Positions 10,534-20,541 of a DNA stretch of 64,000 bases are shown here, piece by piece (the stretch's first letter is position 1; every line of letters starts with the position of its first letter). A model generated the notes under the pieces. It had not been told where the DNA came from. It was given only the letters and a program-made list of their open reading frames with translations, and ran no database searches. A program made the translations under genes and the position numbers. Source of the DNA: an uncultured delta proteobacterium. Its GTDB lineage: Bacteria; Myxococcota_A; UBA9160; SZUA-336. Location of the stretch: NCBI GenBank assembly GCA_963704165.1, contig CAVPHD010000001.1:288001-352000 (forward strand), in the 5' to 3' direction.

Positions 10534-12186
10534 ATGAAGTGGTTGCTTCGCGGCGTGGCGATCGTCGCGCTGCTCGCGGGCGTGGCCTGGCTCTACCAGG
10601 TGGAGATCCTGCTCGCGGTGGTCGAGCGCCGTGCGCAGAGCCAGTTCACGGTCGGTCCGAACCAGCCGATCCAGTGGGCGACCGGCGCGGATCCGGCGGG
10701 GCGGGCGCCGACTGAGCGGCCGCCCAACATCGTCGTGATTCTCGCCGACGATCTCGGCTGGAACGACATCAGCTTGAACGGCGGTGGCGTCGCCGGCGGG
10801 AGCGTCACGACGCCGAACATCGACTCGCTCGCGAAGGCCGGCGTCAACTTCGAAGCCGGCTACGCGGCCAACGCCACCTGCGCGCCATCGCGCGCCGCGC
10901 TCCTCTCGGGGCGCTACGGCACGCGCTTCGGCTTCGAGTTCACGCCGACCCCCGCCGGCATGACGACGATCGTGCCGCGCATCGCGAACCGCACGCCCGG
11001 CATCCTCCGGCCCGTCATCGTCAACGAGGGCGAGCAGGTTCCGTTCGACAGCGTCGGCATGCCCCCATCGGAGATCACGATCGCGGAGCTGCTCAAGCAG
11101 GCGAACTACCACACCGTGCACATCGGCAAGTGGCACGTCGGCGGCGAGAACGGCATGGCCGCGGAGGATCAGGGCTTCGACGAGAGCCTCGACATGCGCA
11201 GCGGGCTCTACCTGCCCAAGGATCATCCCGACGTCGTGAACTCGATGCAGGATTTCGATCCCATCGACCGGTTCTTGTGGCGAGCGCTCCGCTTCGCGGC
11301 CAGGTTCAACGGTGGAGACGCGTTCGAGCCCGCGAAGTATCTGACCGACTACTACACCGATCAGGCGGTCGCGGTCATCGAGGCGAACCGGGACCGACCC
11401 TTCTTCCTGTACCTCGCCCACTGGGCACCGCACACGCCGCTCCAGGCGACGCGCGAGGACTACGACGCCGTCGCGCACATCTCCGATCACCGCCAACGGG
11501 TCTACGCCGCGATGATTCGTGCGCTCGACCGCGGCATCGGACGCGTGATCGAGGCGCTGCGCGCGAACGGGCTCGAGGAGAACACGCTCGTGTTCTTCAC
11601 CTCCGACAACGGCGCGCCGAACTACATCGGACTTCCCGAGGTGAACCAACCGTACCGCGGCTGGAAGATCACGTTCTTCGAGGGCGGCATTCACGTGCCG
11701 TATTTCCTGAAGTGGCCGGCGCGGATCCCCGCGGGCACGACCTACGACGCACCCGTCCAGGGCTTCGACATCTACGCGACCGCGGCCGCCGCCGCGGGCG
11801 TGCCGCTACCGACGGATCGTGTGATCGACGGCGTCGATCTCGTGCCGTTTGCGCGCGGCGAGCGCGAGGGCGTGCCGCACGAGCGGCTGTTCTGGCGCTC
11901 GGGACACAGCCAGGTCGCCCTCGTCGACGGATGGAAATTGCAGGTGAACGAGCGCCCGCCGGGAACCGAGTGGCTCTTCAATCTGCGCGAGGACCCGACC
12001 GAGCAGACCAACCTCGCGCCGAGCGAACCCGAGCGCGTGGCGGAGCTCCGGCGCGCCCTGATCGCGCACAACGCCGAGCAGGTGCCACCCGCCTGGCCGT
12101 CGCTGATCGAGATGTCGGTCAGCATCGACAAGACTCTGCTCGACGCCCAGGCCGCGGACGACGAGTACATCTACTGGCCGAACTGA
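10534..12186 (+). CDS. Sulfatase (formylglycine/Cys type) with N-terminal membrane anchor
   Basis: PPNIVVILADDLG, CAPSRAALLSG, GKWHVG, PFFLYLAHWAPHTP, TSDNG. Confidence 0.92.
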   Translation: MKWLLRGVAIVALLAGVAWLYQVEILLAVVERRAQSQFTVGPNQPIQWATGADPAGRAPTERPPNIVVILADDLGWNDISLNGGGVAGGSVTTPNIDSLAKAGVNFEAGYAANATCAPSRAALLSGRYGTRFGFEFTPTPAGMTTIVPRIANRTPGILRPVIVNEGEQVPFDSVGMPPSEITIAELLKQANYHTVHIGKWHVGGENGMAAEDQGFDESLDMRSGLYLPKDHPDVVNSMQDFDPIDRFLWRALRFAARFNGGDAFEPAKYLTDYYTDQAVAVIEANRDRPFFLYLAHWAPHTPLQATREDYDAVAHISDHRQRVYAAMIRALDRGIGRVIEALRANGLEENTLVFFTSDNGAPNYIGLPEVNQPYRGWKITFFEGGIHVPYFLKWPARIPAGTTYDAPVQGFDIYATAAAAAGVPLPTDRVIDGVDLVPFARGEREGVPHERLFWRSGHSQVALVDGWKLQVNERPPGTEWLFNLREDPTEQTNLAPSEPERVAELRRALIAHNAEQVPPAWPSLIEMSVSIDKTLLDAQAADDEYIYWPN

Positions 12187-12204
12187 GGCGCGCTCGGCTT
12201 CGGA

Positions 12205-13470
12205 TCAGCTCGCGCGGAGCAGGAGCAGGAGCGCTGCGGCTCCCGTGGCGGCGACCGCCATCAACGTCGTCGCGACGCGACGCGCGAAGGGGCTGCGCCC
12301 CACGACGAGAAGAATGCCGACCTTGCCGAGCGTCGTGAAGATCGCGACGACGACGACCGCGAGCGCCGCGGTCTCGATCGGGATCCGGCCGTCCACCGAG
12401 AGGCGAGCGAGCGAGAGGCTGGGCGCGTCGGCGCCGATCAGCGCGGAAACGGCCGAGACGCCGAAGACTCCCGGGTCGCCGAACGCGTCGCCCGTGGCCG
12501 CGAGCAGGAGCGTCACCGAAGCGTAGACGGCGGCGAACGTGATCGCGACGCGCATCGTCAGCGGATTCTCGAATGCGTGCCGCTCGGTCACGGAATCACT
12601 GCGCGCGTGACGCGCAAAGCCGAGCAGGAGCCCGACGGCGAGCATCGCAGCGAGGGGGAAGGCGACGCGCCGGGCGAGCTCGGGCGAGATGATCCAGAGC
12701 ATCACGCCCATGCGAAGAAACGCGGTCGAAGCCGCGAGCGCGATCAGGACCTCGTAGTGGCGTGCGTGCGCAACCCCGCGCCCGGCGCGTGCGTAGGCGA
12801 GCGCCGCGGCCGTGCTCGAGACCAGGCCGCCGAGCAGACCCGTCAGCATGTGACTCGCGGCGCCGGCGCGCACGCGCATCAGCACGTACCCGACGAACGA
12901 GATGCCCGAGATCAGCACGACCATTCGCCAGACGTCGCGCGGGCGCAGGACTCCGTACCATGGATCGACGGCCGTATCGGGGAGCAGCGGAAAGACGATG
13001 CCGGTGATGACGAGGAAGCGGATCAGCGCCTCCATGTCGGTCGGCGAGAGCAGATCCGAGACACGGTGCAGGGTCCGCTTCGAGCGGAGCAGAACCACCA
13101 TCACGATCGTGACCACGGTCGCGACGAGTCCCTCTCCCGCCTGCGAGAGCGCGCCGACCGAGAACGTGCACAGGCTCGCGACCTCGGTCGTGTAGCCGGG
13201 GTCGAGATTCTTCTCGGTGTCGAAGCGATATCGCAGCACCAGGAAGACCGCGGACGCCGCGAAGAGCGCCACCGCCATCAGCGGATGCACCGAGTTCGCC
13301 ACCAGCACCGAGAGCGCGCCGAGCAAGGCCATGAACGCAAACGTGCGTACGCCGGGGAAGTCCTTCTTGTCCCCGCTCTCGCTCTGCGCGACCTGGCGTT
13401 CGAGTCCGACGAGCGCGCCGAGGCAGATCGCGACGAACGTCGGCAGGAGCGTGTGAAGCGTATCCGGGAT
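12205..13470 (-). CDS. MgtC/SapB-DUF4010 family membrane protein (probable non-canonical ATC start)
   Basis: The frame extends upstream of the tracked ORF through ICLGALVGLERQ and FPGVRTF; GYTTEVA and GGLVSSTA motifs; many TM helices. Confidence 0.82.
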   Translation of the reverse strand: MPDTLHTLLPTFVAICLGALVGLERQVAQSESGDKKDFPGVRTFAFMALLGALSVLVANSVHPLMAVALFAASAVFLVLRYRFDTEKNLDPGYTTEVASLCTFSVGALSQAGEGLVATVVTIVMVVLLRSKRTLHRVSDLLSPTDMEALIRFLVITGIVFPLLPDTAVDPWYGVLRPRDVWRMVVLISGISFVGYVLMRVRAGAASHMLTGLLGGLVSSTAAALAYARAGRGVAHARHYEVLIALAASTAFLRMGVMLWIISPELARRVAFPLAAMLAVGLLLGFARHARSDSVTERHAFENPLTMRVAITFAAVYASVTLLLAATGDAFGDPGVFGVSAVSALIGADAPSLSLARLSVDGRIPIETAALAVVVVAIFTTLGKVGILLVVGRSPFARRVATTLMAVAATGAAALLLLLRAS

Positions 13471-13517
13471 GGCTTGCCCTCCCCTAACTAATGGACCGGA
13501 TCGGCTACGCTAGCGCC

Positions 13518-14438
13518 ATGCTGGACCCATCGATTCGCGAGCGGAAGGTGCAGGCGAACGGTTTGCGCTTTCACGTGCTCGAGACGGGATCGGGTGATCG
13601 GCTCGCACTCTGTCTACACGGATTTCCCGAGCTCGGCTTCTCGTGGCGGCACCAGCTTCCGGTCCTGGCGGAGCTGGGCTTTCGCGCCTGGGCGCCAGAT
13701 CTCCGCGGATACGGCGGCACCGACCGCCCGCAGGGCCTGCACGAATACGCGATCGAGAAGTTGATGGACGACGTCGCCGGACTGATCGACGCATCGGGCG
13801 CGAAAGAGACGGTGCTCCTGGCGCACGACTGGGGCGGCGCGATCGCGTGGTCGTTCGCGCTGCGGCGCATCCGCCCGCTGGCGCGCCTGATCGTGATGAA
13901 CCTGCCCCATCCCGCCGTCTTCGAGCGCGTGATGCGGAGCGGCTGGCGACAACGTCTGCGCTCCTGGTACATGCTCTTCTTCCAGATCCCGTGGCTGCCC
14001 GAGCGGCTGCTCGCGATGCGTCGCGCCCGCGCGGTGACCGAGGCCTTCCGCGGCATGGCGGTCGACAAGAGTCAGTTCCCCGAAGAGGTGCTCGACGTCT
14101 ACCGCCGCGCCGCCCTCGAGCCGGGTGCGCTCACCGCGATGCTCAACTACTACCGCGCGATCGTGCGCGGCGGCGGCGGACGGCGCATGCGCAGCTTCGG
14201 CTACCCGATCATCGAGACGCCGACGCTGATGGTCTGGGGTGAGCAGGACACGGCGCTCGGCGTCGAGCTGACCCACGGCACGGAGGAATTCGTGCCGGAT
14301 CTTTCGCTGCGCCGTCTGCCGAACGCCTCGCACTGGGTGCAGCAGGACGCGCCCGATGCCGTGAACGCGATCCTGCGCGAGTGGCTGGCTACGGATTCTT
14401 CGACTGGTTCTTCGGCACGTCGCGAAACGGGCGCGTGA
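13518..14438 (+). CDS. Alpha/beta hydrolase, epoxide hydrolase-like
   Basis: LHGFPE, PDLRGYG, HDWGG nucleophile elbow, ASHWVQQD. Confidence 0.9.
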   Translation: MLDPSIRERKVQANGLRFHVLETGSGDRLALCLHGFPELGFSWRHQLPVLAELGFRAWAPDLRGYGGTDRPQGLHEYAIEKLMDDVAGLIDASGAKETVLLAHDWGGAIAWSFALRRIRPLARLIVMNLPHPAVFERVMRSGWRQRLRSWYMLFFQIPWLPERLLAMRRARAVTEAFRGMAVDKSQFPEEVLDVYRRAALEPGALTAMLNYYRAIVRGGGGRRMRSFGYPIIETPTLMVWGEQDTALGVELTHGTEEFVPDLSLRRLPNASHWVQQDAPDAVNAILREWLATDSSTGSSARRETGA

Positions 14439-15642
14439 CTTCGATCTGCGGATCCTTCGGAAGACCTAGAACGCGCTCCGAGACGATGTTGCGCTGGATC
14501 TCGTCGGTGCCGCCGGCGATCGAGACCGCGGGCACCGAGAGCAGGATCTCGGCGACGAGGCCATCGAGCGGTCCGTCGCTTCCCGCGAGCATCGCGTCGC
14601 TGCCGCTGATCAGCGTGTGCACGTGCGAGGCCGCGCGCGCGATCTCGCTCGCGTAGAGCTTTCCGAGCGAGCCCTCGGGACCGGGCGGCCGTCCGAGCAC
14701 GCGCGCGGCCTTGGCGCGGCGTCCCGTCCATTCCGCGGAACGCGCGAGCGAGAGCAGCGCGGCGATCGCCTGACGCACCGCCGGATCCGTGTTTCTACCG
14801 GTCGCCTTCGCGCGCTCGACGACGAGATCTACGCGTCCGGCGCGCTGCGGATACCACTTGTACGGCTCCATGAGCTCGGCGATCTCCGCGCGGTTCTCGT
14901 CGATCGCGCGACCCCGACCCTTCGGTGAGCGACCGCGCGCCTGGATCGCGTCGAACGAGCGGCGCTCGTGCGCGAGCGTGGCGAGCGCCACCGTCCAGCC
15001 GTTGCCGACCTCGCCGATCGCGTTCGCCGCCGGCACGCGCGCATCGTTGAAGAAGACCTCGTTGAACGACGCGTAGCCGTTCATCTGACGCAGTGGCCGG
15101 ACGACGACGCCGGGCTGGTGCATCTCGATCGCGAAGTAGCTGATGCCGTGGTGCTTCGGCACGTCCCAGTTCGTTCGCGCGAGCAGCATTCCGTAGCGCG
15201 CGTGGTGCGCGCTCGTGGTCCAGAGCTTCTGACCGTTGACGACCCACTCGTAGCCGTCGAGCTCGGCGCGCGTCGTGAGCCCGGCGAGATCGGATCCGCT
15301 GCCCGGCTCGCTGAAGAGCTGGCACCAGGTGTCCTCGCCGGTGACGATCGGCCGCAAGAGCCGCTCCTTCAGGTCGTCGGAGCCGTGCTCGAGGATCGTC
15401 GGCGCGGCCAGCGTCATGCCGCCACCGCTCGGTGTACCCACCGCGCCGATCCGGTCGAACTCCTCGGCCACCACGTCGCCGAGCGCGACCGGAAGCCCGC
15501 GGCCGTACCAGCGCGCCGGCCAGGTCGGGCAACCCCAGCCGGAGTCGGCGAGTCGATTGCGCCACTCGATGAGCGAGAGCTCCGGATCCCAGTTCGCTTC
15601 GAGCCAGGCGCGGACTTCGCGGCGCACGTCTTCGGCGTTCAT
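14389..15642 (-). CDS. Acyl-CoA dehydrogenase (FadE-like)
   Basis: WCQLFSEPGSGSDLA, NGQKLWTT, FNEVFF, SIAGGTDEIQRN; ATGA overlap with the upstream ACAD. Confidence 0.92.
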   Translation of the reverse strand: MNAEDVRREVRAWLEANWDPELSLIEWRNRLADSGWGCPTWPARWYGRGLPVALGDVVAEEFDRIGAVGTPSGGGMTLAAPTILEHGSDDLKERLLRPIVTGEDTWCQLFSEPGSGSDLAGLTTRAELDGYEWVVNGQKLWTTSAHHARYGMLLARTNWDVPKHHGISYFAIEMHQPGVVVRPLRQMNGYASFNEVFFNDARVPAANAIGEVGNGWTVALATLAHERRSFDAIQARGRSPKGRGRAIDENRAEIAELMEPYKWYPQRAGRVDLVVERAKATGRNTDPAVRQAIAALLSLARSAEWTGRRAKAARVLGRPPGPEGSLGKLYASEIARAASHVHTLISGSDAMLAGSDGPLDGLVAEILLSVPAVSIAGGTDEIQRNIVSERVLGLPKDPQIEVTRPFRDVPKNQSKNP

Positions 15643-16756
15643 CCCAGCCCCCAGTACTGCGCGAGGCGTTCGCGGTGGAAGACCGGATCGCCGAGGAAGA
15701 CCTCGCTCGCCTTCGCGCGTTTGAAATAGAGGTGGACGTCCTGCTCCCAGGTGAAGCCGAGCCCGCCGTGGATCTGGATCGCCTCGGCCGCGATCCGCAG
15801 GAACGCATCCGAGCCCTGCGCCTTCGCGAGCGACGCCGCCATCGGAAGTTCGGCCTCGGACTCGCTCGCAGCTTCTGCGGCGTAGTACGCCGACGAGCGC
15901 GCGAGCTCGAGCGCGAGCAGCATGTCGGCGCACTTGTGCTTGATCGCCTGGAACGAGCCGATCGGCCGGCCGAACTGAACGCGCGCCTTCGCGTAGTCGA
16001 CGGTCATCTCGAGAAGTCGCTGCGCGCTGCCGGCCATCTCGTTCGCGAGCGCCACGCACGCCTGATCGATCGTCTTCGCGAGCGCGGATTCCCCAGCGCC
16101 GACTTCGCCCAGGAGTTCCGCGCGCGCGCCGTCGAAGTCGATCCGCGCGAGCTTCCGCGTCGGATCGATCACCGCGAGCGGTCGGCGCGAGACGCCCCGA
16201 GCATCGGCGCGCAGGCTGAAGAAACCGAGCCCGGCCGGTGCGCGCGCGACGACGATCAGAAGCTCCGCGCCGCATCCGTCGAGCACGAAGGACTTCTCGC
16301 CGTGGAGTGTCCAGCCGGACCGTCGCTGCGCGCTTCGAGCCGGATTCCCGACGCGTCCCACGCGCCGCTCGACTCCGCGATCGCAAGCGTCGCGAGCGTC
16401 TCGCCGGAGGCGATCCCCGGCAGGAGCTTCTGCTTCTGCTCCTCGCTCGCCGCGTTCAGGATCGCGTTCGCGGCCATCACGACCGACGCGAAGAACGGCC
16501 CGCAGTACAGCGCCCGGCCCATCTCCTCGAGCACGATGCCGAGCTCGACGGTGCCGAATCCCTGACCGCCGTAGGTCTCGGGAATCTGCACGCCGGGAAG
16601 CGCGAGCTCCTGCGAGAGCTGCTTCCAGACGCCGGGCTCGTAGCCTTCGGCCGTCTCCATCAGGCGCCGCGCCTCGGCGATCGGCGACGTCGTCTCGAGG
16701 AACCGTCGCACGACGCGTCGGAGCTCCTCCTGTTCCTCGCTGAAGTGGAAACGCAT
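15639..16756 (-). CDS. Acyl-CoA dehydrogenase (partner-subunit type), one frameshift near 16320
   Basis: MRFHFSEEQEELR (ORF 16256..16756) joins GWTLHGEKSFV...RVQFGRPIGSFQAIKHKCAD...QIHGGLGFTWE (ORF 15639..16361). Confidence 0.88.
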
Positions 16757-16774
16757 GGGATCGCCTCGCGGGTG

Positions 16775-18656
16775 TCAGGGCTCGACGATCGCGAAGCCCG
16801 ATTGGAACGTGTCGAGATTCCCGAAGACGGTGACGAGAGCCGCTCCGTCGCCGTCGAGCTTCACGTCACCGGCTCGGAGCGCGTCCTCGAACGTCGCGTC
16901 CCCTGCGATGATCGAGAGGAAGCGCGCACGCGTGAGCGAGACGCTCGCGGCGGCGGCGGGCTCGTGACGACCCTTCACCGAGTGGAGCGTGCGATTCGAG
17001 AGCGCGAGCGCCCAGCGCTCGTCGATGTCGGTGAACGTGAAGTTGATCGCGAGCGAGGTGCCGCCGACGGCCTCGGCGCGGAGCCGGATCGCGATCGCAT
17101 CGAAGGCCTGCTCGATCGTCAGCGCCGCGACCAGGCCCGAACGCAGGATCGGACGAGCGGGCGGAGGGCCCCGCCGGAGCTCTTGCGCGCCGGTGAGGTA
17201 CGCGTTGCGGAACGTCGCCGACTCCGTCTGGTAGCCGAGCTGCTCGAGCGCGTCGGCCCCGAGCTCGCGCGCCTCCGAGTTCCGAGGCTCGGCGAAGACG
17301 AGGTGATTCACGACCTCGGCCACCCAGCGGTAGTCGCCCTGCTCGAACGACGCGCGCGCCTTCGCGAGCAGCGCCTTTGCACCGCCCATGAATTCGACGT
17401 ATCGCGAAGCGGCTTCGACCGGCGGGTGCGCGTGCAGACGCGACGGGTTTCCGTCGTACCAGCTCAGGTAGCGCTGATAGACGGCCTTCGCGTTGTGGAC
17501 CAGATCGCCGTAGTAGCCGCGCGTGTGACCGTGCGCGAGGAACTCGGGCGGAAGCTCGAGCTTCTCCGCGATCTCGGGCGCGGTCAGGCCGTGGTTCGCG
17601 AAGCGCAGCGTCTGATCGTGCATGAAACGGTACAGGTCGCGCTGCAGCGCGAGGTAGCCGCGCACGTCGTCTCCGCCCCAGCGCGGCCAGTGGTGCGACG
17701 CGAAGAAGAGCTCGGTGCGCGAGCCGAAGAGCTCGATCGCCTCGCCGATGTACTTCGACCAGTTCAGCGCGTTGCGCACCTGCGCGCCGCGGATCGGCAC
17801 CAGGTTGTGCATGGTGTGCGTGCAATTCTCCGCCATGCAGAGCCAGCCGTGGTCGGGAAAGAAGAAGTTCATCTCCGCCGGGGCTTCGGTTTCGGGCGTG
17901 AGCTGGAAGACGATGCGCACGCCGTCGACGACGAGCTCCTGTCCGGTTCTGCGTGATGTCCTCGGTGGGCGCGATCAGGCCCGGCGGATCGAACGGGATC
18001 GACTTGCCGAGCCCCGCATCGACCTGGCCGCGCGGACCCGGCGGAAGCAGCGGACCGAACTGGTAGGCCGCGCGGCGCGCCATCGCGGGACCCGCGAGCA
18101 AGTTCTCGGAAACCGCCTGGAACAGGAAACCTTCGGGTGCGATCACGCGACAGCGCCCGGCCGCCACCTCTTCCGCACGGGTCACGCCGAGCACGCCGCC
18201 GAAGTGGTCCGCGTGGGAGTGCGTGTAGATCACGGCCGTGACCGGCCGCGCGCCGAGCTTCTCGTTCGCGAGCTCGAGACACGCCTTCGCGCACGAGGCG
18301 CTCGTCAGCGGATCGATCACGACCCAGCCCTTTTCACCGGCGACGAACGAGACGTTCGAGATGTCGTAGCCGCGGGCCTGCCAGAGTCCCGGCGCAACCT
18401 CGAAGAGCCCGTCGATCGTGTTGAGTCGCGCCTGCCGCCAGAGACTCGGGTTCACGGTTTCGGGCGCGTCGCCGTCGATGAACGCGTAGCGCGCGAGATC
18501 CCAGGCGGGACCGAAGGGACCCTCGATCCGACCGGTCGGGTGGCGCGCGATGAGGCCGCGCGAGGCGCGCTCGAAGTCGCCCGGATCGAGGTCGAAGCGG
18601 ACGTCGGCGTTGGCGTTTCGGGTGTGCGAGGTCGCGGGTTTGGGCTCGGTGCTCAT
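16775..18656 (-). CDS. Alkyl sulfatase, SdsA1/BDS1 type (MBL + dimerisation + SCP2-like domains), one frameshift near 17945
   Basis: NPSLWRQA, RGYDISN, YTHSHADHFGG, TPETEAPAEM, HNLVPIRGAQVR, HHWPRWG, GYYG. Confidence 0.92.
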
Positions 18657-18688
18657 GGTCGCATTCTGAACCAAACCGGCGTTCGGCG

Positions 18689-20260
18689 TCAGAAGTCGCA
18701 GCAGGCGGGTGGCTCGGGCGAATTCACCGCCGCGTTGATCAGCGGGAACACCGCCGCGTCGTCGAGGCGGACGAAGGTCACGCCCGCCCCGCGAAGCGCC
18801 GCGATCAGCGCGGGGAGTTGCGCCGCGGTGTTGACCTGGCTGTCGTGCAGGATCGCGACGCCGCCGCCGTAGAGTGCGAGCCGGGTCAACGTCCAACCGA
18901 CCATGTCGCTCTGATACGCGGGCGGCAGCCAGCTCGCGTATGCCGGACTGCAGTACCCGTTCCCGATCGCGTAGCACCAGTCCAGCGTGTCGATGTGGAA
19001 GCCGACCATCGACAGGCCGTATTCGCGCACGATGCCAGCGCTCGCGCAGTTCGAGGCTGAGAACGGGATCCGGAAGAAGCGCGGATGGTGGCACGCGTCG
19101 CCGATCGCGAACCGGATGTTCTGGTTGGTCGCGTCGATCTCGCTTCGCATCTGCTCGACCGAGAGCGTCGTGAAGCGCGCGTGCGAGTAGGAGTGATTCG
19201 CGATCTCGAAGAGCGGGTCCGCGTGGATCTCGAGCGCGAGCGCCCGCGTCTCGGGACTCTCGAGCTTGTAGCCCACCATGAAGAACGTCGCGGGCACGCC
19301 CTCGTTGCGGAGCGTCTCGACGATCGCCGGCGTCGTGGCGAGGTTCGGTCCGTCGTCGAAGGTCAGCGCGACGCGGTACCCGAACGGGCCGGCATCGGGC
19401 GGGGGCTCCTGCGCGCACGAATACCCGCTGCCGGGATCGACCGTCGGCCAGTCGAGACAGACCGCCGGGCCGAAGAACGCGTCGATCCGCACGACCAGCC
19501 GCCCGCCGGCCTCGTCGACGAACGCGAACGCCGCGAGGATGTCGGCGCCTTCGGGCGCGTCTCCGGGCGGGTCGACCGCCACGAGCTCGCCCATCGACCA
19601 CTCGCGGAGCACTCCATCGCCGAGTCCGGCCCACGCAGGATCCGGGCTCGCGATGGCGACGAGGGCCGCGAGCGCGAGAGCGAAGCCGGCACGGTGCCTG
19701 CGGCGAGCGGCGAGCAGGGCGACACCGAGGAGTGTGAGTACGACCGGCGCCAGCGCCGGACCGGGAATCACCGGCACGGCCATCGAACGCAGCGCGATCG
19801 ACACCGCGGCTCCCTCCGCGGTCCCGGTCGTGGTCAGGAGCGCGTCATTCCCGGCCGGCGAATTCAGGGTGAAGTAGGCGTGGGCGACGGTCGCTGCTGG
19901 GATCTCCGCGAGCGGAAGCTGCGTCTCGATCAGCGTCGATCCCGCGATTCCATCGCCATCGATCACGGTCCACGGCGGCGACGGGTCGACGACGACCGGT
20001 GTCTCGGGTCCGAAGATGCCCGTGAGCGGTTCGACGCAGCTCGCGTGCGTCACCGAGATGACCTGCCTCGTGACGAGATCGACGATCGTCCGCAGAGACA
20101 GCTCGACGCCGGGCACCGTTCCGTCGGCGGTCACGATCGCGCAGCCGGTTTCGAGGTTTCGATCGAGATCGAGCCCGACGACGAGTTCGGCCTCGTCCGC
20201 GCGCACCTGGCCGGCAAGTGCAATTCCTACGACCAGAGCCCAACTCGCTGCGGTCTTCAG
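18689..20260 (-). CDS. Multi-module secreted/membrane polysaccharide deacetylase (NodB/CE4) with internal TM hairpin; probable CTG start
   Basis: CE4 motifs LTFDDGP, NHSYSH, FFRIPF, DTLDW, ILHD in the C-terminal half. Signal peptide (L/M)KTAASWALVVGIALAGQVRA lies upstream of the tracked GTG. Confidence 0.8.
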   Translation of the reverse strand: MKTAASWALVVGIALAGQVRADEAELVVGLDLDRNLETGCAIVTADGTVPGVELSLRTIVDLVTRQVISVTHASCVEPLTGIFGPETPVVVDPSPPWTVIDGDGIAGSTLIETQLPLAEIPAATVAHAYFTLNSPAGNDALLTTTGTAEGAAVSIALRSMAVPVIPGPALAPVVLTLLGVALLAARRRHRAGFALALAALVAIASPDPAWAGLGDGVLREWSMGELVAVDPPGDAPEGADILAAFAFVDEAGGRLVVRIDAFFGPAVCLDWPTVDPGSGYSCAQEPPPDAGPFGYRVALTFDDGPNLATTPAIVETLRNEGVPATFFMVGYKLESPETRALALEIHADPLFEIANHSYSHARFTTLSVEQMRSEIDATNQNIRFAIGDACHHPRFFRIPFSASNCASAGIVREYGLSMVGFHIDTLDWCYAIGNGYCSPAYASWLPPAYQSDMVGWTLTRLALYGGGVAILHDSQVNTAAQLPALIAALRGAGVTFVRLDDAAVFPLINAAVNSPEPPACCDF

Positions 20261-20541
20261 GTCGCCCTCATCGACGGCGGAATCGCGGACGAGTCGGATC
20301 GCGCCGAGTCGAAACTTGCCGGGTGCACAACGCTTCGCGCGTTCATCGCCAGCCTATCACGGCCGATTCACACGCCATCCAGGGAAAAGCGGCTGGAAAT
20401 GCCTCCCGCTCGGGCCTGCCTTGCTGCTAAGATGGGCCTCTGCAAGAGAGCTTGCGGTCAACATGTGTGGACGCAGGCAGGTTTCTCCCGATGTCGGGTT
20501 GAAGCTGGAATGTCGCGCCGATCCGAAGGCTGGAAACACGG

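Noticed and set aside
14389..14438. 50-nt convergent overlap of the hydrolase and ACAD (and 16 nt for folA/crp)
   Set aside because: Short tail-to-tail overlaps are routine in compact high-GC genomes.
20400..20540. Possible riboswitch (CCTGCCT/AGGCAGG pairing, GGACGCA) upstream of the secreted orphan
   Set aside because: Core motifs of c-di-GMP or other known riboswitches are incomplete; it cannot be supported without an Rfam scan.
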